The translations under genes and the position numbers were made by a program. The notes below the pieces were generated by a model. It had not been told where the DNA came from, did not search any database, and worked only from the letters and a program-made list of their open reading frames with translations. Source: Guillardia theta CCMP2712 (lineage: Eukaryota > Protista > Cryptophyta). Taken from it: a stretch of 64,000 nt of DNA. This document shows positions 63,476-64,000 of the stretch, in pieces. The first letter of the stretch is position 1. Every line of letters starts with the position of its first letter. The DNA lies in NCBI RefSeq assembly GCF_000315625.1, contig NW_005434623.1, positions 84,535 to 148,534 of the forward strand, in the 5' to 3' direction.

Positions 63476-63810
63476 AACTGGTGGAGCATTTCAAGCCTGC
63501 CTCAGGGACAGAGACAGCAAAAGACGCACGGGGAGGCATAGGATGGGAGGCTAGAGGACAAGTGACGTGGGAGCCATGGCGGCAGCGAGGCAGGCAGAGG
63601 CGGGGGAGCGGAGGAGGAGGAGGAGAGGGAGGAGATGAGGGATGGAATGAAACTTGTTTGATGAGGAAGGAGAGCGGGTTGAGAGACGCTGAGCTCCATG
63701 GCGATGGCTGTTTGGCTGTGCTGGGCGAGGAGAGAGGGAAGAGAGGTCCAGCTGTAGTCGTGTGTGAGCGAGGGAGGAGGAGGAGAGGGGTTGATGGGGA
63801 GGTTTGCAGG

Positions 63811-64000
63811 ATGAAACTCCGTGTGCTCCTGCTGCTTTGCTTCCTGGTATCTGTCGTCCAGCCCTTCTACCTTCCCGGTTCCTCCCTGCTGAGCTGTCAT
63901 GCGCCGCTAACGAGGGGGCAGGGGTCAGCCCGAGGACGTTCAAGGATGGCGAGCAGGTGAACATCAAAGTGCAGACGCTCTTCTCGAGGCAAGTAGAGGA
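63811..64000 (+). CDS. TM9SF: Transmembrane 9 superfamily (TM9SF/EMP70) protein, 5' part
   Basis: Signal peptide MKLRVLLLLCFLVSVVQP then FYLP|GVSPRTFKDGEQVNIKVQTLFS after removing a 44-nt intron (63878-63921); FYLPGVxP is the family's N-terminal signature. Confidence 0.85.

Overview
Eukaryotic nuclear DNA, gene-dense, with many short (~45-55 nt) GT-AG introns and longer introns filled with purine/pyrimidine microsatellites; four N-gaps. A signal peptide + 'ASSF' transit peptide + twin-arginine lumenal presequence indicates an alga with a red-derived complex plastid; the style suggests a cryptophyte such as Guillardia (inference). Host genes reconstructed by manual splicing: class-V aminotransferase/cysteine-desulfurase-like protein, sulfotransferase-like protein, Fpg/MutM glycosylase, an uncharacterised membrane protein, thylakoid-lumen TPM-domain protein, coiled-coil proteins, PH-like protein, MAEA/Fyv10 (GID/CTLH E3), kinesin-2, an NHL-repeat protein and the 5' end of a TM9SF gene. 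The accessory core (~31.3-37.0 kb) holds an apparently intact Crypton-type tyrosine-recombinase gene (two 'ORFs' joined by two small introns and a 39-nt exon, N-terminal PHD finger) next to a 628-bp cassette bounded by perfect 25-bp inverted repeats that carries a truncated Myb/SANT-like ORF. Separately, a non-coding motif (GTACTGATYTTTAACTTAACTTTGAGT) recurs five times (two partial copies), mostly in CCGG-rich islands, each time pointing toward a downstream gene start.
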